Numbered from the stretch's first letter, positions 18,298 through 28,844 are shown. The stretch is DNA of 36,070 nucleotides from a bacterium (GCA_046757525.1 JBHHYI010000023.1:1-36070), one strand, 5' to 3'. Made by a program: numbers and translations. The notes: a model not told the origin generated them from the sequence alone.

Positions 18298-21200
18298 TTC
18301 TTCTCCCCGGCATCTGGCATTTCCAGGTGTTGAGAAGACCTAACTGTCAATTGTATTGCAGATAGACCCTGTCGCTTCAGTCGTTTGTTGAGTATGGCCA
18401 GTTCTTTACTTTTTATTTCTTTCCACTGTTGTTCTGACTGCTCGAGTGTTGTATTCATCACCTGAAAAGCATCCTGCATCTGCTGAGCTGGCTCACGATC
18501 CGCACTCATCACCACGGTCTCCAGACTGGCCAGTCTACCGTCATTCAAAAAGTTATTGAGACTGTCAATCCTCTTCTCTATGGCAGAAATGTCTGATTTC
18601 GTTTCTGAATTGAGATCTGGCGACTTTTGGAGATGCCGTAGTTGACCCCGCAGTTCATTTACCGCGGTGTCGAGATCATGCTGGTCTGCAATGGCGTTCC
18701 ATATTTGCAACGCAAGTTTTAGTTGCCCCTTTAACACTTGCTCGGAGACCTGCACCCGCGGATCCATTTCTACTTTAAGCGACTGCTGGTAAGTGTTGCC
18801 TGCAACGGTCAGCCGAATCTGGTACTGGCCCGGCAGAACCAGGGGGCCCTGCGGCTGTTTCACGGTGCCTCGTCCAGCAATCGCAGCCATGCTATAGTCG
18901 CTATGCTTCGTCGGGGGCGGCATATAATGAAGATTCCAGACAAACCGATTATGACCCAGATGAGTTGTGAGCGGTTCGAAGCGGGGTAACCACGCATCCA
19001 TAAAATAGGGTGGCCGCTCCGGAGGCTGAGGCTGGTCTGCACTCGAAAAGTGACGTACCAGCTTACCAGCCGCATCCAGAATATCCAGCGTAATTGAATC
19101 TGCTGGCTGAACTTTCAGCCAATAGTCGATGATAGCGCCCGCGGGTGGGTTGGCGCCATGCGGAATCTCGGGAGGCAGCGGGGTATCTGTATTCACGCTG
19201 CGCCGAATGCGGATGGCACGCTCCGGCCGGAAAAGGTGCACCGGCGACGCCAACACCTGCACGCTCATCTGCTGAAGCGGGGTCACATCGTCCAGTATCC
19301 AGAAGGCGCGACCGTGGGTAGCGGCCACCAGGTCATTGTCGTGTACCGCGATATCGCGAACCGCGACGGTGGGCAGATTGTTCTGCAGCGACTGCCAGTT
19401 GGCTCCGTCGTCAAAGGAGACTGAGACGCCCAGCTCCGTGCCAGCGTAGAGCAAGCCCTCGCGGTACGGATCGGCGCGGACGACGTGCACATACGCATAC
19501 TCATCGATGCCACGGTTGACGCGGGTCCAATGTTGACCGTAGTCAGCGGTTTTGTAGATGTAGGGGCTGAAGTCGTCCACACGGTGGCGGTCGATGGCAA
19601 GGTAAGCCACACCCGCCTCAAATGGCGAGGCCTCGATGAGACTGATCTTGCTCCACGGCTCGAGGCCGGCAGGCGTGACGTTCTGCCAGGTTTGCCCGCC
19701 GTCCCGCGTGAGTCGAATGAGGCCGTCGTCGGTGCCGACCCAAATCAGACCGCTCTGGATTAGCGAGGGCGCAATGGTAAAAATCACCCCCCAACCGCGA
19801 GCAGAGGCATTGTCGATGGTAAGCGGTTTCGACGACGTCTTTGCCTCGGACCTGGCGCCAGTCAGGTCCGGACTGATGGCGTCCCAATGCAGCCCACCGT
19901 CTCGCGACTGGAGCAGCATCTGCGCACCGAGATAGAAACTGGCCGGATCCAGCGGGTCAAAAACCACAGCCGGGGTCCAGCCGAAGCGGTATTTGCGTTT
20001 TGGCAGAGGCCGGGCGAACTCACGCAGCGGCCAGGCGGTGATAATCTGAAACTGTCCGGTGGTCCGGTCAAAGCGGTGCAGATCGCCGTAGACGTTGCCG
20101 CCGTAGACAATATTCGGGTCCTGCGGGTCGACAGCGATGTACCCGCTTTCGCCGCCGCCCACCGGTTGCCAGTCCCGGAACGTAATCTCCCCATAGTCGC
20201 TGCGACTGATGATAGAGACCGTGCCGGCGTCTTGCTGCGAACCGTAAACGCGGTAGGGGAATTTGTTGTCGGTTGTGACGTGATAAAACTGCGCCGTGGG
20301 TTGGTTGTACCAACTGCTCCAGGTGCGGCCATTATCCAGGCTTATTACCGTGCCCTGATCGCTTGCAACGATGAGACGGGCGCTGTTCGTGGGATCGATC
20401 CAGAGATAATGATAATCATCGCCGCCGGGAGAACTTTTGATAACGGTAAAAGTTTTGCCGCCATCTGTGGAGCGCAGCAGTCCCTTGCTGGGGATATAGA
20501 CAATATTGGCATTTTGCGGGTCGACGAATACGCGCCCGAAATACCACATTCTGGTGATGATTCGTTGGTCATTGTTGACCAACCGCCAGGTGTCGCCACC
20601 ATCATCGGAACGGTAAAGTCCTGAACCTCTTTTTTGTGCCCGCACGATGGCAAAAACCGTCTGACCGCCACTACCCCATACGACCGCCAGACCGATTCGG
20701 CCGAATGGACCTTCTGGCAAACCCTGGCCCGGGATTTTCGTCCAGCTCTTACCCTGGTCCAGCGATTTGTACAATCCACTGCCCGGGCCCTCTTCGGGTT
20801 GGTATTGGTCCCACGGCAGGCGACGCATTTGCCACATCGCGGCATAAACAACCGCTGGATTTTTAGGATCCCAGGCAAGATCGACCGCACCGGTTTCCGG
20901 GTTATTGTAAAGCACCTTGTGCCAGTTTTTTCCTCCATCGGAGGTGCGAAATACGCCCCGTTCCTGGTTACTGCCGTAGGCGTGACCCACCGCCGCTACC
21001 AGCACCAGATCAGGGTCGTGCGGACCTATGAGGATTTTCCCAATATGGCGGGTGTCTTCAAGACCAATGTGCTGCCAGTGCTTACCACCGTCAGTCGATT
21101 TATACATACCATCGCCATAAGTAATGTCTGAGCGCATGTCGGCCTCACCTGTTCCGGCGTACATTATTTCTTCATTGGAAGAAGCAATGGCGAGGGCACC

Positions 21201-21521
21201 AATCGACGGGTTCATCTGTCCGTCGGCTATCGGCTCCCAGGTAACGCCAGCGTTCGTTGTCTTCCAGATGCCGCCATCCACAGCGCCGAAGTAGAAGGTA
21301 CCGGCGATGCCGGTCGCCGCCAGGGCCCGGCCGGCCCGGAAAGGCCCGATGTTGCGCCAGCGCATGGCTGAAAAGGCATTATTCGGAATGGTCTGCGCCA
21401 GAATGTTTTTGCCAAATAGCAGGGAACAGATGACCATTGTGAAAACAGCGAAGAATTGCTTCGATTTCAACGCTCCGTGAAAATGAATGTGGAGAATTGA
21501 ATTACTTTCATTGCGTCTCAT
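18294..21521 (-). CDS. VPS10/sortilin-like BNR-repeat beta-propeller protein (putative glycosyl hydrolase), paralogue 2
   Basis: Signal peptide, WRNIGPFRAGR, many Asp-boxes (STDGGKHW, TSDGGKNW, SLDNGRTW), QPTAQFYHV, helical C-terminus. Confidence 0.9.
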   Translation of the reverse strand: MRRNESNSILHIHFHGALKSKQFFAVFTMVICSLLFGKNILAQTIPNNAFSAMRWRNIGPFRAGRALAATGIAGTFYFGAVDGGIWKTTNAGVTWEPIADGQMNPSIGALAIASSNEEIMYAGTGEADMRSDITYGDGMYKSTDGGKHWQHIGLEDTRHIGKILIGPHDPDLVLVAAVGHAYGSNQERGVFRTSDGGKNWHKVLYNNPETGAVDLAWDPKNPAVVYAAMWQMRRLPWDQYQPEEGPGSGLYKSLDQGKSWTKIPGQGLPEGPFGRIGLAVVWGSGGQTVFAIVRAQKRGSGLYRSDDGGDTWRLVNNDQRIITRMWYFGRVFVDPQNANIVYIPSKGLLRSTDGGKTFTVIKSSPGGDDYHYLWIDPTNSARLIVASDQGTVISLDNGRTWSSWYNQPTAQFYHVTTDNKFPYRVYGSQQDAGTVSIISRSDYGEITFRDWQPVGGGESGYIAVDPQDPNIVYGGNVYGDLHRFDRTTGQFQIITAWPLREFARPLPKRKYRFGWTPAVVFDPLDPASFYLGAQMLLQSRDGGLHWDAISPDLTGARSEAKTSSKPLTIDNASARGWGVIFTIAPSLIQSGLIWVGTDDGLIRLTRDGGQTWQNVTPAGLEPWSKISLIEASPFEAGVAYLAIDRHRVDDFSPYIYKTADYGQHWTRVNRGIDEYAYVHVVRADPYREGLLYAGTELGVSVSFDDGANWQSLQNNLPTVAVRDIAVHDNDLVAATHGRAFWILDDVTPLQQMSVQVLASPVHLFRPERAIRIRRSVNTDTPLPPEIPHGANPPAGAIIDYWLKVQPADSITLDILDAAGKLVRHFSSADQPQPPERPPYFMDAWLPRFEPLTTHLGHNRFVWNLHYMPPPTKHSDYSMAAIAGRGTVKQPQGPLVLPGQYQIRLTVAGNTYQQSLKVEMDPRVQVSEQVLKGQLKLALQIWNAIADQHDLDTAVNELRGQLRHLQKSPDLNSETKSDISAIEKRIDSLNNFLNDGRLASLETVVMSADREPAQQMQDAFQVMNTTLEQSEQQWKEIKSKELAILNKRLKRQGLSAIQLTVRSSQHLEMPDAGEKK

Positions 21522-21555
21522 ATTGCTTATCTCCTCAATCGTAGAATATCTATTC

Positions 21556-24500
21556 TTACTGAATGTTATGCCAACGTTTCAACAGGGCATCGAATTGCTT
21601 GCGGCACTGTGAAAATACCTCTTGCTGGCCCTGAGTTGGTGCCGCATCCGCCATTTGAACCGCAGTGGCCAGATTCGCCAGCACCCCCGCCACCGAGGCC
21701 AGGCTGGGATGTCCCTTGTTCAGCAACGTGGCAAGCGAATCGATCACCACACCCGTGGCCTGCTTTTTCTTCTTTGATTTGAGAGCATTTTCAACCGTAT
21801 GGTAAGTTGTAACCACTTGATTCAGGATTTTGTCGATGCTGCGTGCTAATTCAAGCTGCTGTTGAAGCGCCGCCTGGCGCACCTGGACACGCGGATCCAG
21901 TTTAACCGTGAACGGTTGCGTGTAGTCTTTTCCGTCAACATTTAGAGTTACCGTGTAGCGGCCAGGTAGAACCAGCGGCCCTTCTGGTGCCAGCGGGGTG
22001 CCGTCGTGCCAAACCGCAGCTATTTTGTAATTATATTCCAGGGCTGCGGGCCGGGCATATCGAAGATCCCAGACGAAGCGGTGCATGCCAGCTTCGTTCG
22101 AAAGATGAATTTCTTTGGCAATCCAACCTGCTTGAAAATAACGATTAGCCGTCAGGTGCTCGGGTTTGTCATCGCTGGAGAGAGTCCGGACTATTTGCCC
22201 TGCCTGGTCGCGGAAGGTCAACGTAACTGAACCATGTGCAGCGTGCTTAAGCCAATAATCAATGATGGCCCCTGTGGGAGGATTCTGACCCAGTGGGGTA
22301 TCTGGCGGCGGAGGTGTGTCGTGATTTTCACTGCTGCGCAAGCGCCAGGCAGATGCTGGCTGGAACAGGTGCACGGGTTTTTCTGTTAAGCTTGCCTGCC
22401 TTTCACGCAGCGGCGCAAGATTGTCCAGTACCCAGATACCGCGACCCTGCGTGCCGGCGATGAGGTCTCCATTGTGCACCAGAAGATCCCGCACCGAAGT
22501 GGTCGGTAGATTCAGGGCTAACGACTGCCAGTGTCCGCCATCGTCGAATGAGACGTAGACACTGCGATTGGTACCGGCATAAAGCAAGCCTTCTTTGCGA
22601 GGATCGGTTCGCACAGCAAACACAAACTGGTTTGCAGGCAGCCCGGTGGTAATCTTCTGCCAACTGCGGCCTTCATCCCCGGTTTTTAGAATCAGCGGTG
22701 TAAAATCGCCCGTACGATGCAGGTCCACAGCCGCGTAAGCCGCGTGCTCTGAAAACGGGGACGGGGCGATGGCATCTATTCTACCCCAGGGTGCCACCGC
22801 CTTCGGGGTTACATTTTGCCAGTGCACCCCAGCATCGGTAGTAAGATGAATCAGGCCGTCATCGGTGCCCACCCAGATGACATCCTCCGCAGTCGGTGAA
22901 GGGGCGATGGTGTAGATGACACCGTAGCCACAATCCCGAGCTTCATCGATGCCGGGATCATCACAATTTTGAGCGTTTTCTTTCTTTGCGCTCAAATCGG
23001 GGCTGATGATTTCCCAGTGGTCGCCATCGTCCAATGAACGGAAAAGCACCTGTGCCCCAAAATAAAGGGCATGCCTTCCAGTAGGAGAAAAAGCAAGCGG
23101 GGTGATCCAGGTGTAACGGTAGCGCACCGTGTTGAGTTTTGCGCCGTAACTGGAAACCGGCCAGGGTGAAACGTTTGCTACCTGATGTGTCTCCTGATTT
23201 GCACGCGAAACATATCCGCCCAGACCGCTGCCAAACACCAGGTTCGGATCACCAGGTTTGGGTACTTCATAATCGCGTTCATCACCTCCCACCGGACGCC
23301 AGTCTCGTTCTTCGATGACACCATACGGACCGCGGCTGGCGATTTCGACGGTGCCGTTGTCCTGCTGTCCGCTGTAAATTTTGTACGGGAACTGATCGTC
23401 GGCAGCCAGATGATAGAATTGTCCGGTGGGCTGGTTGTACCAGCTCGACCAGGTCTGTCCGCCGTCTACCGTCACCACGGTACCCTGGTCTGCGGCGGTG
23501 ATCATGTGATCCGGATAGCGAGGATTGATCCACAGAAAATGGTAGTCGTCGCCGCCCGGTGAGCCTTTGCTAATGGTGAAATGGCGACCGCCGTCATCGG
23601 AGCGGTGAATAGATCGCGCCATGACATAGACCAGTTGCGGATTATCTGGCGCGACCGTCACCCGGCAAAAATAGTCACTGCTTAGTTCGGGGTCCTTGTT
23701 CAAAAGCTGCCAGGTTTGACCGCTGTCATCGGAGCGATAGAAGCCCGCGCCTTTGGAGGCAGCCACGGTGGCATAGACGATCCGACCCGCTCCGCCTCGC
23801 GGCGTCTCCAATCCAATGCGCCCAAGTGGACCCACCGGCAATCCTTTTCCAGAAAGCCGCTGCCAGTGTTCCCCGCCATCTTCGCTTTTGTAAATAGCTG
23901 AACCCGGACCTTCCTGCGGCTGAAAGTAGTCAAGCCAGGGATGCTGGCGAAATTGCCAGAGTGCGGCATAAACCACGGCCGGGTGTTCGGGATCCCAGGC
24001 CAGGTCTACCGCTCCGGTTTCCTCGTTCACAAACAGAACCTGGCGCCAGTTTTTGCCGCCGTCGTTAGTAAGATACACACCCCGTTCGGGGTTGGAATCA
24101 AAGGCGTGCCCCATGGCCGCAACCAGCACGCGATTGGAATTCCGGGGATCGATCAAAATGCGCCCAATGTGACGCGTTTCAGTAAGTCCGGTATGTTTCC
24201 AGGTTTTACCACCGTCGTCCGAGCGATAAACTCCATCTCCAGCCACAATGTCGTAGCGCATGGTCACCTGCCCGGTACCCACGTAGAGAATATTTGGGTT
24301 AGATTCTGACACGTCCAGTGCGCCGACTGAGGCAGAGTTTTCGTGCTGCATTAGAGGTTGCCAGGTACGTCCTGCGTTGTCGGTTTTCCAAACACCACCA
24401 GCGACTGCGCCGAAGTAAAAGGTGTTGGGTTGCTCCGGAATACCTGCAGCCACACTGGCCCAGCCCGCGCGTAAAGGCCCCACCAGGCGCCAACGCAGCG

Positions 24501-24660
24501 CCGGCAGAACTGTCTCACCGTTGGTTTGAGCCTGGCCAAACGGGACTGAAAAAAACAGCATCAGCGCCTGGACAATCAGGATGATACATCCAATATTTTT
24601 GGAACGGCTCAGATTCCGGTGACCATGATGGTCACGTTGCAAAAAAGATACGAGTCTCAT
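21556..24660 (-). CDS. VPS10/sortilin-like BNR-repeat beta-propeller protein, paralogue 1
   Basis: WRLVGPLRAG, Asp-boxes (SDDGGKTW, SEDGGEHW, TVDGGQTW), QPTGQFYH; colinear with 18294..21521. Confidence 0.9.
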   Translation of the reverse strand: MRLVSFLQRDHHGHRNLSRSKNIGCIILIVQALMLFFSVPFGQAQTNGETVLPALRWRLVGPLRAGWASVAAGIPEQPNTFYFGAVAGGVWKTDNAGRTWQPLMQHENSASVGALDVSESNPNILYVGTGQVTMRYDIVAGDGVYRSDDGGKTWKHTGLTETRHIGRILIDPRNSNRVLVAAMGHAFDSNPERGVYLTNDGGKNWRQVLFVNEETGAVDLAWDPEHPAVVYAALWQFRQHPWLDYFQPQEGPGSAIYKSEDGGEHWQRLSGKGLPVGPLGRIGLETPRGGAGRIVYATVAASKGAGFYRSDDSGQTWQLLNKDPELSSDYFCRVTVAPDNPQLVYVMARSIHRSDDGGRHFTISKGSPGGDDYHFLWINPRYPDHMITAADQGTVVTVDGGQTWSSWYNQPTGQFYHLAADDQFPYKIYSGQQDNGTVEIASRGPYGVIEERDWRPVGGDERDYEVPKPGDPNLVFGSGLGGYVSRANQETHQVANVSPWPVSSYGAKLNTVRYRYTWITPLAFSPTGRHALYFGAQVLFRSLDDGDHWEIISPDLSAKKENAQNCDDPGIDEARDCGYGVIYTIAPSPTAEDVIWVGTDDGLIHLTTDAGVHWQNVTPKAVAPWGRIDAIAPSPFSEHAAYAAVDLHRTGDFTPLILKTGDEGRSWQKITTGLPANQFVFAVRTDPRKEGLLYAGTNRSVYVSFDDGGHWQSLALNLPTTSVRDLLVHNGDLIAGTQGRGIWVLDNLAPLRERQASLTEKPVHLFQPASAWRLRSSENHDTPPPPDTPLGQNPPTGAIIDYWLKHAAHGSVTLTFRDQAGQIVRTLSSDDKPEHLTANRYFQAGWIAKEIHLSNEAGMHRFVWDLRYARPAALEYNYKIAAVWHDGTPLAPEGPLVLPGRYTVTLNVDGKDYTQPFTVKLDPRVQVRQAALQQQLELARSIDKILNQVVTTYHTVENALKSKKKKQATGVVIDSLATLLNKGHPSLASVAGVLANLATAVQMADAAPTQGQQEVFSQCRKQFDALLKRWHNIQ

Positions 24661-24756
24661 AGTTTGCCTCTCTCCTAAAATGAGTCAATCAAATCGCGCC
24701 CGTGCACAACCCCATGCGGCTATCGCTGGGTTGTCGAGGATTTAAATTGTTTTGCC

Positions 24757-25134
24757 CAATTGGCCTGTTAGTATTTCCTAAAAAACTACCCCAAACGACC
24801 AGATATCCGTGCCCTGCCCGATGACCTCGCCAGGCGCCTGTTCCGGCGACATGTAGGCGGCAGTGCCCAAAGTCGTTCCAATTTTGGTGAGCTGCGCCCT
24901 GCCGTGTACTTTTGCGAGATCGAAATCCATGATTTTGACCTGACTTTCTTCGGTAATCATGATATTCGCGCTTTTAATGTCCCTATGGGTGATGCCTTTT
25001 TTATGCGCGGCTTGTAGGCCTTCGACGATTTGGGTGGCGTAGTTCAGGACATCCTCGATTGGCATCGGCGAATGGGAAGACGCCCCCACAATGCCCTGCA
25101 ATTCTCGACCCTCAATGTATTCCATGACGATGTG
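24757..25134 (-). pseudogene. Ser/Thr protein kinase fragment (subdomains V-IX)
   Basis: IVMEYIEG...HRDIKSAN...DFD (DFG mutated)...GTAAYMSPEQ...DIWSFGVVF*EILTGQL. No Gly-loop or VAIK lysine; premature TAG. Confidence 0.9.
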
Positions 25135-25531
25135 ATTGCATTACTACAAACCCTCCAAGATAGGAGAAAAGAAAGACTGAGATCAGCATTCCAATTGGAA
25201 CCCAAAGTACTGCTGGAAAAACTACGTAGAATGTATAAAAGGCCCAAGGGGAAAGCACCAAACCGATGGCGCTCGCAACCCAGACTATTTTTTCTCTGGC
25301 AGCCGTAGCACCGGTGATACCACCTAAAAATGCACCCAGAGCGAGCCCAAACATCACCACGAGCCATTTACTCGTTGGGGTGGAAGCCACCCGCTGCGCC
25401 ACAGCTTCTGGGGTTGCCGGGTCCATCAACTCACGTGGAATCGGTCGTAGGGCATCATCAATTACCCCGATCATAAAGAAGATAATTGTGGCGACGGATG
25501 CACCTAAGATAACTGCAAGAAGTTTTCGCAT
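25112..25531 (-). CDS. Four-TM hypothetical membrane protein, cassette-like, with its 3' end fused onto the kinase fragment
   Basis: Four hydrophobic segments, AAGGGG RBS, GTTAGAC core upstream (25603-25609). Its last codons overlap the kinase IVMEYIE sequence. Confidence 0.8.
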   Translation of the reverse strand: MRKLLAVILGASVATIIFFMIGVIDDALRPIPRELMDPATPEAVAQRVASTPTSKWLVVMFGLALGAFLGGITGATAAREKIVWVASAIGLVLSPWAFYTFYVVFPAVLWVPIGMLISVFLFSYLGGFVVMQSHRHGIH

Positions 25532-25939
25532 ATTTTTCCCCTTCTATAAAACTGCATGCCCTTCTCAGCAGCTAAACATTTAATCCCATCAGTAGTTTTG
25601 TCGTCTAACATATAATTCTACTGATCTGGCTAACACAATAAATGTAATGATATCCGACAAACTGTATAGCATGACATTTGAAATTAAAAAAAAGAAACAA
25701 AAAGTCAAGCGATGGTTTTCATGCCTTTTTTGACGTAAAGGACCCGGCTAATGAGGCTTCCACATTGAACTGTTACTGATCGGCCTAATTCAACATGGAT
25801 GATCTGGCCAGGCGGCGGTTCTAAGAACTGTCGAAACACCTCAAAACAAAGCCGGCTCGATGAGCTTGTGCAAGACGCGGTGCCCTCACATCCAAATTAT
25901 TCGACGATTTCGGATACCCAACTCCCGTTCCTGCCGTGG

Positions 25940-26050
25940 TTGTAACGCGCCAAAACCGCGCTGAAGATAAGAAAACCGTTGTGGGAATTCGCGCCTTACG
26001 TCTACAAAGTGATGGATTCGTTGCGGTTGCGGTAGGTTTGTGTGGTAGGT
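25940..26050 (-). other. Degenerate attC-like site
   Basis: Minus strand ACCTACC...ACCGC...GCGCGGTTTTGGCGC-GTTACAA, starting about 20 bp after the stop of 26071..27597. Confidence 0.4.
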
Positions 26051-26070
26051 TTTTAATCCCCTTCCCTGCT

Positions 26071-27597
26071 TCAGCGCTTTCGTTTTATGATAATTATTGT
26101 CATGTCGTCATTCTGCGAAGCATTACCGAAGTGTAAATTGGCCGCAGCAATGATCTTGTCAATTAACTCGCGGGCAGAATCGCCGCTATTATTTTGGACA
26201 ATTTCCTGCAGCCTTTCGTCACCAAATTCTTCCTTGCGCTCATTCATGGCTTCAGAAATTCCGTCTGAATAAATTAACAACAGGTCGTCTGGATGAAAAG
26301 ATATCTCTTCTTTCATATATGAAACATTCTCTTTAAGGCCAAGTGCAATTCCACGGGTTTTCAGTGGGATCGGTTTTTTCCCTGCAGAAAAAATGAGCGG
26401 TATATCATGTCCAGCATTGGAATAGCACAGGGTGTTTTTTTGGGTATCCAAAATTCCATAAAAAAGAGAAACAAATGTTCGCGAGTCCGTACTGTGGAAT
26501 AAAAGTTTATTGGCCCTTTCCAGACATCCCTTGGCATTGGCCTCAAAAAATGTTTGCCCTCGAATGGTCGCCTGCAGATTCGACATCACCAGGGAAGCCG
26601 CCAATCCCTTGCCGCTCACATCGCCGAGACTGATCGCCAGTCGATAGTCATCCAAACGGATAAAATCATAATAATCTCCCCCAACATTTAAAGCGGGGAT
26701 ACTCATTCCGGCAATATCGTACCCATCGATTTTGGGATTGGACTTTGGCAGGAGGTTTACTTGAATATTTCTTGCCATCCTCGCCTCTTCCAGCGACCTG
26801 ATCCGAGCCTCCTCTGCTTTCCTGCGTTCGGTAATGTCGCGATAGATTGCATAAACTCCCATCTGTTTACCGTCATGAATAATAGGAGCCCCGATAATCC
26901 AGACATCAAAAAGAGTCCCATCTTTACGTTTGCGTTTTGAATCATTGTCAGTTCTTTGGCCATGAATCACCATATATGAATTCGCAGCAGCATGCTCTTT
27001 GTACTCTTCTGAAGCGAGCAAATCATTTATTGGCTTTCCGATTGCTTCCTCACGAGAATAGCCAAACATTCTTGTGAATTCATCATTGACATTAACCACA
27101 ATATCATTGTTGTCATGCAATACAATCGCCTCGGGAGCGCTATTGAACAATTCTTCAAGATAAGTCTTCTCCACATGCAGTTCTTCTTCCGCTTTTTTGC
27201 GTTCGGTAATGTCACGATGATAGATAGCATAGACCCCCATCTGGTTATCATCGTGAATGATAGGGGTATGCAGAATCGAAACATCAAACACTGTTCCGTC
27301 CTTACGTTTGCGTTTTGATTCAACTTCTACTGTTTGGCCATGAATGACTTTCTGAGAATTCTCAGATGCTTCATTCTGGAATTCCCTTGAAGCGACCAAC
27401 TCATTTACTGGCTTTCCGATTGCTTCCTCGCTAGAATAACCAAACATTCTTGTGAATTCGTCATTTACCTTAACCACAATATTATTGTTGTCATGCAGCA
27501 CAACAGCCTCGGGATCGCTGTTGAACAACTTTTCAAAATAAGCTTTCTGAATACGTAGCTCTTCTTCTGCTTTCTTGGTTTCGGTCATATCTTCCAC
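26071..27597 (-). CDS. PAS-PAS-SpoIIE PP2C phosphatase, probably 5'-truncated
   Basis: Two highly similar PAS/PAC units; VGGDYYD, GDVSGKG, NAGH, YSDGISEA, DDMT. The upstream in-frame VYFDETVEDMTETKKAEE is the tail of a lost PAC. Confidence 0.9.
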   Translation of the reverse strand: MEDMTETKKAEEELRIQKAYFEKLFNSDPEAVVLHDNNNIVVKVNDEFTRMFGYSSEEAIGKPVNELVASREFQNEASENSQKVIHGQTVEVESKRKRKDGTVFDVSILHTPIIHDDNQMGVYAIYHRDITERKKAEEELHVEKTYLEELFNSAPEAIVLHDNNDIVVNVNDEFTRMFGYSREEAIGKPINDLLASEEYKEHAAANSYMVIHGQRTDNDSKRKRKDGTLFDVWIIGAPIIHDGKQMGVYAIYRDITERRKAEEARIRSLEEARMARNIQVNLLPKSNPKIDGYDIAGMSIPALNVGGDYYDFIRLDDYRLAISLGDVSGKGLAASLVMSNLQATIRGQTFFEANAKGCLERANKLLFHSTDSRTFVSLFYGILDTQKNTLCYSNAGHDIPLIFSAGKKPIPLKTRGIALGLKENVSYMKEEISFHPDDLLLIYSDGISEAMNERKEEFGDERLQEIVQNNSGDSARELIDKIIAAANLHFGNASQNDDMTIIIIKRKR

Positions 27598-27653
27598 AGT
27601 TTCATCAAAATATACTTACACGTTGTTCCAGTTTATAAAGATGTTTCGATACT

Positions 27654-27685
27654 GCTTAACCCCGCAATTAACCGGCGAGCGATTT
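27654..27685 (-). other. Right half of an attC site
   Basis: Minus strand TCGCTCGCCGGTTAATTGCGGG-GTTAAGC (GTTRRRY core). No recognisable left arm. Confidence 0.5.
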
Positions 27686-27731
27686 ATCATTCTTTATATT
27701 GAGCCTGGCAAACACCTTGTGCCGGACGGCC

Positions 27732-28844
27732 TCACACAGGTCTCATGATCGCCAGCGATAAATCATCCGTACGAGGTGCATCTCCCACAAAACCGGCCAC
27801 CTCTGCCACAATCCGTTCGCCGGTTTCAGAGGAAGACATCTCGCCCAGTTCGTTTAGCAGAGCGAACAGTCGATCCTCACCGAAAAACTCGTCGGCTTCG
27901 TTCCGAGCTTCCGTCACACCGTCGGAGTAGACGACCAGCAGTTCCCCCTTCTTCAGATCAAGGCTGTGTTCCGAGTAATGGGTCTCGGGTGCGAGACCCA
28001 GCGCCGGTTCACCCTTTGCCAGTTCCCGGACCCCGTCCCTGGTCACGATCAGCGCCGGCATATGGCCCGCATTGACGAACCGCACCGCGCCTGACTTTCC
28101 CGGCAATTCCAGATACACCAGTGAGGCGAAGCTGGTGGGCAGGCCGTCGCGGTAAGTGATTTGGTTGATCTTAGCCGCGAGGTCTGCCAGCGATTCATAA
28201 TCCGGTGACAACGCCCGGAGGATCGCCTGCAGCTTGGCCATCAGGAGCGCGGCTTTGAGCCCCTTGTCCGCCACATCCCCAAGGGCGACGCCGTAGCGAC
28301 TCCCGTTAATTCTCTGAAAGTCAAGTAAATCTCCGCCGACTTCATTGGCAGCGTGATAGTGGAGCCAGAGATCCCAGCCTGGAACGGCGGGTCGTTTAGG
28401 TGGCAGAAGCGCTGCCTGCACGGCGTGTCCAGCTTGAAGCTCGCCTCTTGCCAGGAGCTTGTCCTTCAGCTCGAACATCAGAATGAGCAAGAGAATCAGC
28501 CCGCCGAGCATGGCGTAGTTGGTGCTGTCTTCGGCGCTGCCGTTAGCCTTGAGTAGAAAGAAAATGCCGATCACCAGCAGTACGCGTCGCACAGGGCTGA
28601 GCTTCAAGAGCATCGCTTTGAGCAGCCAGAGGCTTGTGAGCAACCACCGCTTTATACGGCCCATGGAAGCAAGCCGTTTTCGCCGCTCTTCGTCGAGATA
28701 AAACTCTCGCAGTTCCTTGAAGCTGCGACTGACCGGTCGCTTTACCTCCCCGCCGAAGATGTCATGGAAAAATTCTTTGAAATCCGCGATAAGAGTTTTG
28801 GTAATACCCGGTTCGCGGCCGGACTCGGATTGCGTCTCCGTCAT
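27732..28844 (-). CDS. Membrane-anchored SpoIIE/PP2C phosphatase
   Basis: N-terminal TM segments; VGGDLLD, GDVADKG, NAGH, YSDGVTEA, DDLS. Start MTETQ behind GAGAGG. Confidence 0.92.
   Translation of the reverse strand: MTETQSESGREPGITKTLIADFKEFFHDIFGGEVKRPVSRSFKELREFYLDEERRKRLASMGRIKRWLLTSLWLLKAMLLKLSPVRRVLLVIGIFFLLKANGSAEDSTNYAMLGGLILLLILMFELKDKLLARGELQAGHAVQAALLPPKRPAVPGWDLWLHYHAANEVGGDLLDFQRINGSRYGVALGDVADKGLKAALLMAKLQAILRALSPDYESLADLAAKINQITYRDGLPTSFASLVYLELPGKSGAVRFVNAGHMPALIVTRDGVRELAKGEPALGLAPETHYSEHSLDLKKGELLVVYSDGVTEARNEADEFFGEDRLFALLNELGEMSSSETGERIVAEVAGFVGDAPRTDDLSLAIMRPV

Noticed and set aside
18029..18313. 94-aa ORF as a real protein
   Set aside because: Chimera of a kinase remnant and a translated repeat element.
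25700..25940. Possible integron-integrase remnant
   Set aside because: No tyrosine-recombinase motifs in the plus-strand frames I translated.
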